From the NCBI GenBank assembly GCA_050084985.1, contig JBITNC010000001.1:154504001-154568000 (forward strand): a DNA stretch of 64,000 nucleotides. The letters are read 5' to 3'. Position numbers and translations under genes: made by a program. This document shows, one piece after another, positions 51,811 to 64,000 of the stretch. Source of the DNA: Nageia nagi (taxonomy: Eukaryota > Plantae > Pinophyta). How positions within the stretch are numbered: position 1 is the first letter of the stretch; each line of letters starts with the position of its first letter. The notes beneath the pieces were generated by a model. The model made no database searches and was not told the DNA's origin. It saw only the letters and a list, made by a program, of their open reading frames with translations.

Positions 51811-53489
51811 ACTGGCAGAGGAAAATGGCAGTGTTTTTAACAGGAAGTCTTCTAATGAATTGTATTTAATTCGTAAACATTATCTTATGAATTGCAATGT
51901 AGATTTCTATTTTTATAAATATAATTTTTTTTTAAGAAAAATATTTTTTGGAATATTCTTTCATAAGATATTATATTGAGAGGTATTTATTTTATCAAAT
52001 TCATCTAGCTCACATTCAACTTCATTTATACCTACTATCATTCAATAATATTTACAATTATATTTATTTGTTAGTGGAATGGAATTTGAACCTAGATCCC
52101 CACAATTTAGTGAAGAATTTTAAAACGTAATTTGAAAATTGTTACATGTCTTAAAGAAAATATTAAAATTATTTTATTTTAAATTTAGAAAAAAATATTT
52201 AAAATGTTTTGATCCATTAAAATATTTTCAAGGTTTATTTTATTTCAAATGATATTAGTTATCTAGTTATGTCAAAGCATATTTAAACAAACTTAACAAT
52301 TTTTTTGGGTAATTGGAAAAAAAAGGGGTTTTTTTTATACAAGTACCCAAAACCTATTTCAAAAATTCAAATTTTCAACAATATTACCATCTATTGCCAT
52401 TACAAAACCTAATATATACTAACTTCACTAATGCGCTGCAAGAGACTAATTATATACCGTTCTCTAGAAGCCCTCTTAGCCTTCTTATTCTTCTTTCCTT
52501 TTGGATATATCATATGTAGTGGCCTGACATTATATATAATTGGTTCATTTTCTTTGTTTATCCTTGGTAGCTCGCCTTCAGCTTCACTTTTGCTATCAAC
52601 CATCGATGTCTATAGTAGCCCATCAAATGGATCATCATCTAACATTTCTTCTTATCTACTAAATGGCACCTCTATCAATTTCCATCAATCATTGAGTTAT
52701 TAAGTTGGCTGGTATGCTTCTTCACTTGCTTATCCCCCCCCTTGACATCCCTCTTCTAAGGGGATAAATACATTAGATATTAACATATTAAGTGTTGTTA
52801 GGGGGCCTTGCCCCAACATCTACTTCAACAAGCTTAACATTTTATTTGAAAACACTAAAGATCAATTATTGATTGAGAAGAGTTTTTAGTTACCATTTTG
52901 CAAGTTAAAAATAATAGAATATCTAAAAATACTGGAATCCAAGTCTATAATGGTAGAAGATTAGTATTAAGAAACCACACTACAACATTCTTAAAGATCT
53001 ATTATGACTTTTAAAGCATCTTAAAGATTAATATAATGTTTATTAAATTCCATCATGATTTTTAATTGTGTATAGATAATAACAAAAAGTCTCCTTTATG
53101 GATTTCATTGGTATATTTTTATTTGTTATCATTACTTATTCAATATAGCTTTGTTTTTTAAAGTAAGGGTAAAAACCAACATAATTGATGAGGATTTGTT
53201 TTTATATAGGAACCAAAACTTATTTTGAAAATTTATATCATATGAGGCAACAAATTGTCTTGGTTTACTATATAATTAATTTATAATATAAAAATTGGTA
53301 TCCCAACTAATGGTTACCAATTACATATACCTATAGATTAAAATGAATTCCTAACTATTAGTAGCCTTACAAATGACTACCAACTTCAAATTTCTTTCTT
53401 AAATCTTCTTTAGAACCTGTTCTTATGTGTAGCCTTCATTATTTTTCTTGAAAGATATTATTATTTTTTAGCTTTTTCATGTTTATGAG

Positions 53490-56400
53490 TAATTATATCT
53501 TTGGTTCCAATACTTTAAAGTTTGATTTGGGCTTTTATGAGCACTATGTTTATGGTTGTTAGTAATTTAGTCTTTGGTATCATCCTTAGTGAGGAAATGC
53601 AATGAAAAAGCATACATGAGACATCAGGTAATGCTTTGATTATTGAGAATAGATAGAGGATAAGGGAGAGAGAAAATATTCCAATGAATCATGGTAAGTC
53701 AAAGGTAGATCCAAATCCAAAGGAAAAGTAAAATTGGAATGTTGGCATTATGGGAAGAAAGGATATCTAATGAAAAGATTATTACGAGAAAAGAGAGAGG
53801 AGATGAAAGACAACATAATAATCAAGAAGTAAACATTGTAGATGATGTGTTACAAGATGCTTTAGTTCTCTCATCACATAATATTTCTAATTATTGGGTG
53901 ATAGACTCAAAAGCTTCATTTCATCCTACATCCCATAATAAATATTTTATGGATTATGTACAAGGTGATTTTAGACCAACATTATTGGAAAATAATCAAC
54001 CATGCAAAATTGTTGGAATGGGTAACATTTTGATAAAATTACCAAATGTAAATTAACAATTGCTAAAAGAGGTAATATATATTATTAATTTGAAAAAATA
54101 TAATTTTAGTAGAAAAGTTGAATAATGAAGGCTATACAGTTGCATTTAAAGATCATTCATGGAAGGTTGCTAACGGATCCATGATAGTAGAAAAAGGAAA
54201 GATGGTTGGTACATCATTGTATTTACTTACTAATACATCTTATTATTCTTTGTCTTTAGCTTCTACATGTGAAGATGCAACTCTCTACCATCACAAGCTT
54301 CAGTACATGAGTGAGAAAGGGATGCAAACTCCACTCTATAAATTTGTTGCCAAATTCGAAGCACGTTGATTTGGGCTTTTGTGAGCACTATGCTTATGGA
54401 AAATAGGGAAGGGGTTGTTTTCTTAGAGTTGGGAAAGAAAAGAAGAGAGAAAAGTAAGCTTCACATACAAATGTATGAGGACTAGCTCGAGAATCATATC
54501 TTGATGACTCTTCTTATTATGTTATTTTTAGTGATGATGTAACTAGGAAAATTTGGATTTATTATATTTGAGAAAGTTGATATTTTTAATACTTTTAAGA
54601 AATATAAAGCTTTGGCTGAGAATGATATAGAAATAAAAATCAAAATATCTTAGATATGATAACAAAGGTGAGTATTACAGTAAGAAGTTTGATAGTTATT
54701 ATTCATTGAATGGAATTCAAAGAGTGAAGATAGTTCTAAGAACACCCCATGAGAATGATATATCAAAAATGATGATTATTAGAATAATCATGGAGTTTGT
54801 GAGGCATATGAGATTGCATGCAATATTAGCTTTATAATTTTGGTATGATGTTATTGATATTGCCATTTACTTAATAAATAGAGGACCTTCAAGTGCATTA
54901 CATGGTGGTACTCTAAAAGAGGCATGGAAAGGTAAACTTGTTAACTATTTATTCCTAAAATCTTTTGGTGGTGAATCTTGTGTTCATGTTGATAAAGAAA
55001 ATAGAAAGAAGCTTGATACAAAATCGAAGAAGTGTGTTTTTATTAGATATGAAGTTGATAATTTTAGCTACCATTTTTGGAATTATGAAAATAATAGAAT
55101 CATTAGAAGTAGAGATGTGGCATTCATTGAAAAAGCAATATATAAAGACAAGTTGCAGAAAAAGGGAAAAAATAAAGGAAGACTCTAAGTACACAATACT
55201 TGATGAGATTAATGAAAACAAAATAATAAAAGTACATGAAAATCTTCAACAATAAGAACTACAAACTCCAATTAGTGTTATTAGAATACCTATAAGGGTA
55301 AGTAGACCCCTTGATCATTATTCTCTTTAACTATATTATATTTTGTATATTGATGTTGATGAACTAGAAACTTTTGGGAGAGCAATGTAGGTAGAAACTA
55401 GAATGAAGTGGGAGTAAGGAATGGATGAGGAGATAAATTCCTTAGTACAAAACCAAACTTAAGATTTAGTTAAGTTGGCTTCAAGAAAGAGAGAATTGTA
55501 AAACAAATAGGTATACAAGGAGAAGGAGAAAGTTGGAGGAAATAAGAGATACAAGACTACACTTATGGTAAAGGGGTTTGAATAAAATAAAAGTAATAAT
55601 TTTGAAAAAATATTTTCTCTCATTATTAAAATAACTTCAATTAGAACTATTTTGAGTATAGTGGGTATAGAAGATTTGCATCTTAAGAAGCTAGAAGTAA
55701 AGATAGCTTTTCTCCATGGGGATTTAGAAGAGGAGATCTATATGCATCAAGCATAAGAAAATGAGGTTAAGGGTAAGGAGAAATTTGTATGCAAGTTGAA
55801 GAAGAGCTTGTATAGCCTCAAGTAAGTTCCAAGGAAATGGTACATGAAGTTTGATATTTTTATAATAGAATATGGCTATGTTAAATATCATTTATATCAT
55901 TGTCTTCACTTAAATAAATCAAATATTGGTGATTATGTTATCTTGTTATTGTATTTATATGACATGCTCATTCTAGGATCTAATATGCATGATATGATTT
56001 ACTAAAAAAGAAGCTAGAAAATTCTTGTGCAAGAAGGATTTAGGTGAAGAAAAGAAATTTCTTGGCATGAGAAGGTGTTGAGAAGATTCAATATATGAAG
56101 GATGCAAATCTTGTAAGTACAGCTTTATTTAAATATTTTAAAATAACCAAGGAGATATGTTCCAATACATAACAACATATAGACTACATGACTGGAGTTT
56201 CCTATTCATATGTACTTGTCAATTTAATGCATGCAATGGTTTGGATAAGACTAGATATTTCCCATGAAATGGGATTTGTAAGAAGGATTATGAAAATTCT
56301 AGGTAAACAATATTGAAAACTAGTGAAGTGGATTCTTAGGTATATGAGTGGTACAACTAACTACTCATGCTTTATGTTTTGGAGTTTCTAACATCAATTT

Positions 56401-57576
56401 ACAAGGATATGTTAATTCAAAAATGGAAAGAGATATATATGTTAAGCGGAACATTTATTTTTTTCTATAGCTAGAACAACAATAAGATATATTTATATGT
56501 TACAATAGGTTATTCCACTTTCAACAATTGAGGCAAAGTATGTTGTTGCTACAAAGATTAGCAAGGAGATAATTTGGTTATAGATATTGATAAAGGAATT
56601 ATGAAAGGAGAAGGAGAATAATAGATTATGCAGTGATAGTTATAATTCTATTCATCTTACTTGAAGAACTTGACCTTCCATTCAATAATGAAGCAGATAC
56701 ATCATAGGTACCATTTCATATGGTTAGTATTAGAAGATAAAAAAATGAAGTTAGGAAAGACACATACTAAATAGAATCCTATTGATATGTTGATAAAAGT
56801 AGTAATCATGGATAAATTGGGATCTTTTTTAATTTCAATTAGTCTTGAACCATGAAAGAAAAAGGTGAGAAGATATCCAAGTCTAGTTAAAGTATAGTTT
56901 AGAAGGTACAATAGTGGTGGAGTTACTATGATTAGTCTTCAAGTGGGAGATTGTTGGTTGTGGAGATTGATTCTTTTTCTCTCTATAGTCAGAGATCTTA
57001 TTTTAACCTTATTTTAAACCCTTGGTATTATACACTAAGCCCCTACCTTAGCGGTCCCTCTCATCGATGAGTGGGTTGGGGGTTCAAGGAGGCAAGAATC
57101 TCCTAATGATAATGAGTGTTTGGGGCCAACACTCCCAAAGCCAAAAATAGATATGCTTTTATCTATTAGTTATTAATTATAAATGTGAAACTATTTCTAG
57201 TCTTATTCATATAACTAATAATTAAATTTATCTATTATTTTCTTATCATTGTAGGTAACTTGCTTTTTCTTAAGAAAGAGACTTATAGTGGAAGATAATA
57301 TGCATGTATAGAAAATTAGTATGAGATGCGTGAGATAGAGAGAAGAGGGTTTTAGAATGAATTTGCTATAGGTTATATGACTCTATTAATTTAGACGGAA
57401 TAAAGGATGAACTAGATATTTTCTTTGTGGATGTAGCCCACATCGGGTGAACAACGTTAAATCTATGTCTCTATTATATTTAACTTTTCTTCTACATTTT
57501 AATTTCCATGCTATATTTAATTATACTAAAAATTAGTTAATCCTAGCATACACTTCCTATTTTAAGAATTTTATCA
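53490..57576 (+). mobile_element. 5'-truncated, very degenerate Copia (Tnt1/Tork-like); 3' LTR 56952-57576
   Basis: gag ILSEEM, protease WVIDSKASFH, integrase, RT and RNase H remnants; PPT AAGTGGGAGA; LTR motif GTGGATGTAGCCC...GGTGAACAACGTTAAAT; no 5' LTR found. Confidence 0.85.
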
Positions 57577-58193
57577 AGTACAAAATACTTAAAACAAAGA
57601 AGAGTTCTTTGGTCTTTTTCTTATTTTTCAATAAGGACATAAGTTTTGATGGTATGATTTATTTTAGAATAAAATTGAATATTACAATGGTTAATGTTGA
57701 TTAATATCATTAATATACTTTTTATATAAATTGTTACTTAGAAGATCACAAATTCATGAGATGGATATTATTCTATAAACATTTCATAGATACATTAAGT
57801 AATTTGATTATAATACAACTATCTAAAATGTAAAGAAATTATCAAATTTGAGATGTGGCAACTATCAATATACGAGAAGGTTAATGAGTGAATTCCAAAA
57901 TTTCATTCTCATTATTATCAAATTGTTGAGGTAATTATATTTAATAATTTGTACTATAATATTTTACAAATGAGAATATATAATTAGAATAATACTTCAA
58001 AATTTGTTGGTACAAAATTATACTATAATATACTATCAAATTCTAGTACAATTTATTCAAATAAAATATAATAATAGAAACATGTATATGTTAACAATAT
58101 AATCTCCACACAAGTAGAAAATAATTAAAATGAATAAAAATAATTATAGTTTCCTACAAAAAGTGAGATCTAAATAAAAATATGAATTGACAA

Positions 58194-58424
58194 ATAGGCA
58201 AGTTGGAGATGGGTAGTTGAAACTCTTGAGAATGAGAGACATAGGTTCAAGTCTCCCCATTGCCTATTGAAACATACCAAAAATACTATTGAGTTGATGG
58301 TAGGTGTAGACGAGGTTAGGATCATTCCCCAGGTGTATTTTGATGGAGTGGATGCCCCTTGGTCATGAAATCTAATTCCATAATTACTTCTCCCTACAAA
58401 GGGGGTAACTTTCCATTAAAAAAA
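58194..58424 (+). mobile_element. tRNA-derived SINE
   Basis: Stem ATAGGCAA...TTGCCTAT (58194-58267), B-box GGTTCAAGTC, ~150-bp body, A-rich tail. Confidence 0.55.
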
Positions 58425-59264
58425 GTGAGAAAAATTAAGGTATGTGGTAGTTTAAGTTATAGTTATAGTTCAATTTTATTTTTCTATTTATGACTATATT
58501 GACGGAAAATAATTGTATATTGATCAATAAGGTACATTTTGTGTTTTAAAATGAATAATAATATTATTCAATTTTCATAAAAAAAATAAGAAAACTCAAT
58601 GTATGTACCAAATGAACCTACACTTTTAGTTAAAAAGATTCTTTCTATTTATAATATCAAAGAAAAGGAATTAGATATTGATGAATAAGGTATAATATAT
58701 CTTACTGCCATTTTTTATGTGGAGAGAAGGTCCATGTTTTCATGATTATAAGAGAGATAATAATGAGATTAATTCATTAGATCACTTTTATAGTTATCTT
58801 TTTGATTTAATAGATTATTTAATATATTGATAACATGATTGAAAGAACTAACAATTATTATACATAAAGTATTATATGTTCCAAGTTAATTGATTCTAAT
58901 GACAAGTATGATGATGTAGCTTGTCTATTTTTTAATAATAATAATATAACATTGATCAATATTCTAGGTTGTAAGAATGATGCACCTCTATTTAGTGATA
59001 AGAGAATATTTTAATTTAATTTGAATATTCATTGAGATATTATTGAGAGTAAAAATTTAAAATATTTATCATATTGGTGGGAGTAATATTGGATTTGGGA
59101 CATATGAGCTTATCATCTATATAGTGTAAGTTACTTTTGAAATCTAATGACACCATGCATCTCAAAGTTTTTATCAGTCATCTATTCAACATAAATGGAT
59201 AATTTCATTAATATATTATGAGTTTTTATTTTTGGATGAGATCATGAGGAAAATTATTCTAGGA

Positions 59265-59460
59265 ACACCCTGCCCTAATGGCTTCCAATAGAGTAAATCT
59301 TTTAAATTCTCCACTATCCACCTGATAACTTGTGGATAGTAGCATGACTATATCCAAACCATAACCTCTTTACATCATAATAATAACATTAACAAGACTT
59401 AAACCTAGGACCTCTAGGAGATTAATCAAAGCATTAACCAATGTGTTGTCCCCTTAGGGA
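59265..59460 (-). mobile_element. SINE-like remnant
   Basis: Minus strand has A-box-like CAACACATTGGTT, B-box-like GGTTTAAGTC and an internal stem ACTATCCAC/GTGGATAGT. Confidence 0.4.
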
Positions 59461-61118
59461 CAATTTCTTTACTATTTTATTAGTTACAAATAATTTTTAT
59501 AATTTTATATAAGTAAGAATTTATTTTTATATTTTTAGCTCATAAAATTGTGAGATTGTTATAGCAAAGCATTATCATAATATGGCCAAATATCATTGAA
59601 TTCCATTGTATATATATATTTTTAATAATAGATATATAATGTAAGAACCTAGCTTTTCTATTGATGGAATTTATAATTTTTCTAGTTTCAAATAGTATAC
59701 CATGGTTTTCTAATATAATACTATAATTTGGTTTTATTTATGTCAAAATTTCTGAGTTTAAATCCTTACATATGTAATAGGTAACTATTTCACTATATTC
59801 TTTATAAATTTTTTTTATTCCTATGGTAAAATTTGTTTAATTTCAAATATTAAATTAATATTATTACCTTTATTATATATCCATATATACTATTTGTATT
59901 ATTTATGAGTTAAACTAAGTTATTAACAAAATATATCATAAATGGTATTGAATACTATATTCTTATAAATGATAGACTAGTATAAGATTTAAAAATGAAT
60001 AGAAATAAAAGTAATGTAAGGAAGTACAAAAAGAAAGATTTTTATTACTAACCAAAGAATTATGCACCTTTAAATCATGGAAGATTTCTAAGAATACTGC
60101 AATGATTTTTAAAGGATCTTTAAGAATCATGATTGATCCAGAAGTTCATATTTTATTGATTTTCAAAGGTTCTTTAATAATAATGATGGATCTTCAAGAA
60201 TATTACAAAATTATTTGGGATTACCTTCAAGACCTATGATAAGTCATTAAGAATATTATAACAATATTTTTTTATATTGATATTTAACCCTCATAATTTA
60301 CAATCAGGCTTTCTTTGATGTTGATATACCTATGACATATGAAATGGTGATTGTAACTGAATAACAACCTCTATAAAAGATGGTTAAACTTAAACATATA
60401 AATCCTAGCATCTACTTGAGAAATGATAATTTTAGAATAAAACACAAGGGAGAGGAAGTTATAGTGGTGTTATATTGCAACTTATAGAAGTGCATAGGAT
60501 AAAAATAATTTAAAGATTTTTTATTTTTTTATCATCATAAAATATCCAATTTATACTATTTTAAATTGCATAATATGATTAGTGTCTCTTTCTTACTAAT
60601 GAATATTCATATTTTACAAATTTGAATGTTATATTATATGGGTTGGCTAAGGATGGTTGATGTAAAGAGAGAAGTTATAGGAGATGAGAACGAGAAATGA
60701 TTGATAATTGATATATCCATATCATTAAGATGATATTAAAGGTGATCCATCTCTTTATTATATTAAAATTGTAATTTTTGAAGCAAGATTATTATCTTAG
60801 AGAGTTTAATAGTGTTAGATATATGATAATTATGGTTCTATATGGAAATAAGTTATAAAATGATAAATGGCTCATTAATGTACTATTTATGTTTATAAAT
60901 ATTTAAAATTTTTATTATGATAAATCTTAAAGAATGCATCATCAATTTATTGATACCTATCTTCTACCTTTATATCCTTACATCTTAGCTTTAATATATC
61001 CCAACATGTCTTTGACTATTTGTATGAGATTTTATTCATATTCAATTTAGAAAAAATAAACTAAAACTTAAATAATTATATTTTTTTTTACACACACACA
61101 CAAATTTTATAGAGGCAT

Positions 61119-61512
61119 TGAATGCTTTAATTTCAAGGATAGAAAGTTCACTTACTACATTTTTAAATAATTTAGATTATTCATAGTATTGTTAGTAGAA
61201 AGGGTATGGAACCTTTATAGCTTTCTATAAAAATATAGCTACAAATATTAGAATTTGAAAAGCTCTTTTGTAAAAAGGTGAGGGATCATTCAAATCCTGT
61301 ATTTATATTTACAATATTTTAGGCATGTTATAAATGATGTTTTGATTTGCAAATTGGCTAACAAAGACTTAAGCATGAAGATATCTAACAAAAAGCTAAC
61401 ATGAATAAAACTACAAAAATACATAAACTTCCAAGAAATGAGATAGGTTCCTTGAGATTGATACCTCTTAATGATTATATATATATATATATATATAAGA
61501 TAGTGGCATTCA
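61119..61512 (+). repeat. Dispersed direct repeat, copy 1 (partner 63178-63671)
   Basis: Shares TAGAAAGTTCACTTACTA...AAAAAGGTGAGGGAT...GATTGATACCTCT...TAGTGGCATTCA with copy 2. Confidence 0.85.
61476..61497. repeat. (TA)11 microsatellite
   Basis: Perfect dinucleotide run inside repeat copy 1. Confidence 0.9.
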
Positions 61513-61987
61513 AATGATTATAGATTATATTTAATACATTCATTGATATAATATTAAATTAATTGAAAATTTTAAATGAATATTTAAAATATGATTAAAT
61601 TCATTATAATATAATATTTTGAAAAATACTAGATATGCATAAAATTTATAATAAATTTTATAATATTTATAATACATTTATACATATTATCAAATCTTTA
61701 ATAATTTTATATAATGTTATGATTTAAATTGATTAGTAAATTAAGTCTTAATCTTTCATCAAGATTAATTTAAATATTCTTATGTTTATCATATTACAAT
61801 CAAATTTTAGCTTATTCTATGTTTATTATACCAATCTTTTTTATTTCAATGTCAAGACTTGAACTATGTTCATCTAACTTTTAGCAATGTCTTTCTTATT
61901 TTCTATTGGTCGCACGTAAAATATTGATGAAGGTGTGAATCTATCTATTTTGATAATTTTTGGTCTATAAATCTCATTTAATCAATC

Positions 61988-61992
<5 letters not shown>

Positions 61993-62050
<58 letters not shown>
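61993..62050. repeat. (TA)29 microsatellite
   Basis: Perfect dinucleotide run. Confidence 0.97.
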
Positions 62051-62052
<2 letters not shown>

Positions 62053-62119
62053 GTATTGTAACTCTTCTTGAAAACTTACTAATTTTATTCCCTCTATTTT
62101 TTTTTAAATACAATAATTA

Positions 62120-63175
62120 TTTAAAGTGTTCTACATGTCTAGTGGTTATATTAATGTTAAATGTATTGATTCCTATTGTTGCAAGTAGTAAGAGTGGATA
62201 ATGTTCTATATATGAAGTTATTTTAAGTAATTTAAAAATTGCATCAATAAGATAAGATTTTATTGTCCTTGATGTTCCTTGTTCCTTGTATTATCATACA
62301 TAGAGGAGGTGCATTTTAACCTTCATTATAGTGTTCTTTAATTATATCAAAATGTTTTTTCTATTTCATGCTTAAGATTTCATATGGGTAATTAGAAATG
62401 GTATCGTTTGGAATGAGCAAACCATTTTCCTTCATAAAGGATATATGTTGTATAATTTTTTTATGCAATCTTCTTCTTAATATTCTATATCCTATGGTGC
62501 AAGTCTATCAATATCCATTATTCTAAATATTTCACTTACTTACATGAGTTACTACAATATAGTTTAGATATTATTTTCCATTCATGTTTAGTTGTATTTT
62601 GTTTTATTCTTAAGTCATCATCTTTAGAATTATTGTAATGTTCTTCTATATTATTTGGCCTACTTATCCTCTCAAAGCATCATGAGTTATAATTGAATGG
62701 CTCCCAATTTGAGATGATTTTATCATCATTAAACCTTATATCTTTCTCTCTATATTTTTGAATAACTTGTAAAGTCATAAATATGACCAAAAAAACTCAA
62801 CAATTTTCTTTTTATTGTCATTCAAGAATGGTGTTAAATTGTGGAAATACCCTTACAATTTAGATACTTCCTTTTTGGCACTCCATTTTAAAAGACTTTT
62901 TCTCTTAGAATTAAATATCCATGATTTTGTTGCATCTATAAGTGAAATGCTTTCTATATTATAAGGTCATTGAATGTATTTATTAATTAAATATTTCCCT
63001 TCACTTTTGGTTTCATCTTCATCATTACATCCCACCTACTTAAATACTTTTTGTTCAACATTTAGAGGAAAACATACTCAAATGTATTCAATCAATGGAA
63101 GCTTTAATAACATATGAAATGTCTCTTGTGCTCCTATATGATCTCTTTCAATAGGTGTTTCTATTAGAAAATATT
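62120..63175 (-). mobile_element. Helitron-type Rep/PIF1 helicase pseudo-ORF fragment
   Basis: ERDHIGAQETFHMLLKLPL, IVRVFPQF, LYKLFKNI, disrupted Walker A MIIQGT...KSYLIDAI and motif Ia PLLLLATIGINTFNI in the expected order. Confidence 0.72.
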
Positions 63176-63177
63176 TA

Positions 63178-63671
63178 TAAATGCATCAAATACTCTAGAG
63201 TGTAATTTTAAATCTAGAAAGTTCACTTACTATGTTTTCAGATACTTTTAACTTATTCATAGTATTGTTAATAAAGACATGATGGAATTTGAATATCTTT
63301 ATGTAAAATTACAACTACTAAAATGGGAACTTAGAAATCCCTTTTGTAAAAAAGGTGAGGGATATTTCAAATATTGTATTTGCATTTATGACATTTTAGC
63401 TATGTTGTAAATGATGTTTTGATCTGTAACTTGGCTAATAAAGACTTAAGGATGAAGATATATAATGAAAAGTTGACGTAAATAAAATTATAGAAATAAA
63501 TAAACTAGCTTAGATATGTTAGACATATATCTAAAAGTGCTAAGAGGTATCAATATCAAGGTACCTATCTTGGAAATCACACTTTCAAGAAATGAGATAG
63601 GTGCCTCAAGATTGATACCTCTCAATAGTTTTAGATATACATATCTAAGATATCTAAACTAGTGGCATTCA
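63178..63671 (+). repeat. Dispersed direct repeat, copy 2, containing an inverted repeat with ~65-bp arms (63505-63662)
   Basis: Aligns with 61119-61512; the two arms are reverse complements with scattered mismatches. Confidence 0.85.
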
Positions 63672-64000
63672 TGGCTAAACTATTATTGTATTATAATAAT
63701 TTTTAATTCCATCTAAAATAATAATTAATTATAATATTACATAATTACATTGATAATAAATATTTGAAAAAAAATTAGATACCTTGACAATAGCATAAAT
63801 ACATTGAAAACAAGAACTTGTAATATATAATTGAAATATTTTAAATAAAAAAAGATATGATGTATACAAATTAAGATTTCATTGATACTAATGATTATTT
63901 TTTTAAGAAATATACATAGATTGGCTTAGGCCAATTATTTAAATTTTAGTATTTAGTCACTCTTCTTCATCTTTTCTTTTAACCACTCCTTTTCCCAATT

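Noticed and set aside
51503-51979. 158-aa plus-strand ORF
   Set aside because: Antisense shadow of the GC-rich exon 1 running into AT-rich upstream DNA; no recognisable domain.
51811-52300. FKBP17-1 promoter elements
   Set aside because: AT-rich with many TATA-like strings; no specific site can be supported without TSS data.
52310-52740. ORFs 52409-52603 and 52431-52703 upstream of FKBP17-1
   Set aside because: Low-complexity charged sequence, possibly a DNA-transposon tail; no motif or terminus could be supported.
58194-58267. Functional tRNA gene
   Set aside because: D-arm and A-box are degenerate and a body plus A-tail follows; better explained as a SINE head.

Overview
AT-rich, repeat-dominated plant nuclear DNA; the very long introns and old, C-to-T-eroded LTR elements suggest a large-genome seed plant such as a gymnosperm (inference). 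There is one intact host gene, the thylakoid-lumen immunophilin FKBP17-1 (minus strand, 4 exons: 51810-51475, 39049-38927, 38779-38663, 34683-34540; 239 aa), with introns of 12.4 kb, 147 bp and 4.0 kb. Positions 1-32 kb are a stack of degenerate LTR retrotransposons: a four-level Gypsy nest (Tat-like in Tat-like in Reina-like chromovirus in CRM-like), a full-length Copia (TSD AAATA) carrying a pol-less element with a ~191-bp tandem array, and a gag-only (TR-GAG-like) element. Intron 1 holds a chromovirus interrupted by a Copia (TSD AGGAG) and a small Copia-derived element. Upstream of the gene lie a 5'-truncated Copia, SINE-like remnants and a Helitron-type Rep/PIF1 helicase fragment between direct repeats. 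The most unexpected signal is a set of collinear, heavily decayed ferric-reductase (FRO)-like motifs on the sense strand inside introns 1 and 3 of FKBP17-1. All calls come from manual reading and translation; no database search was run.
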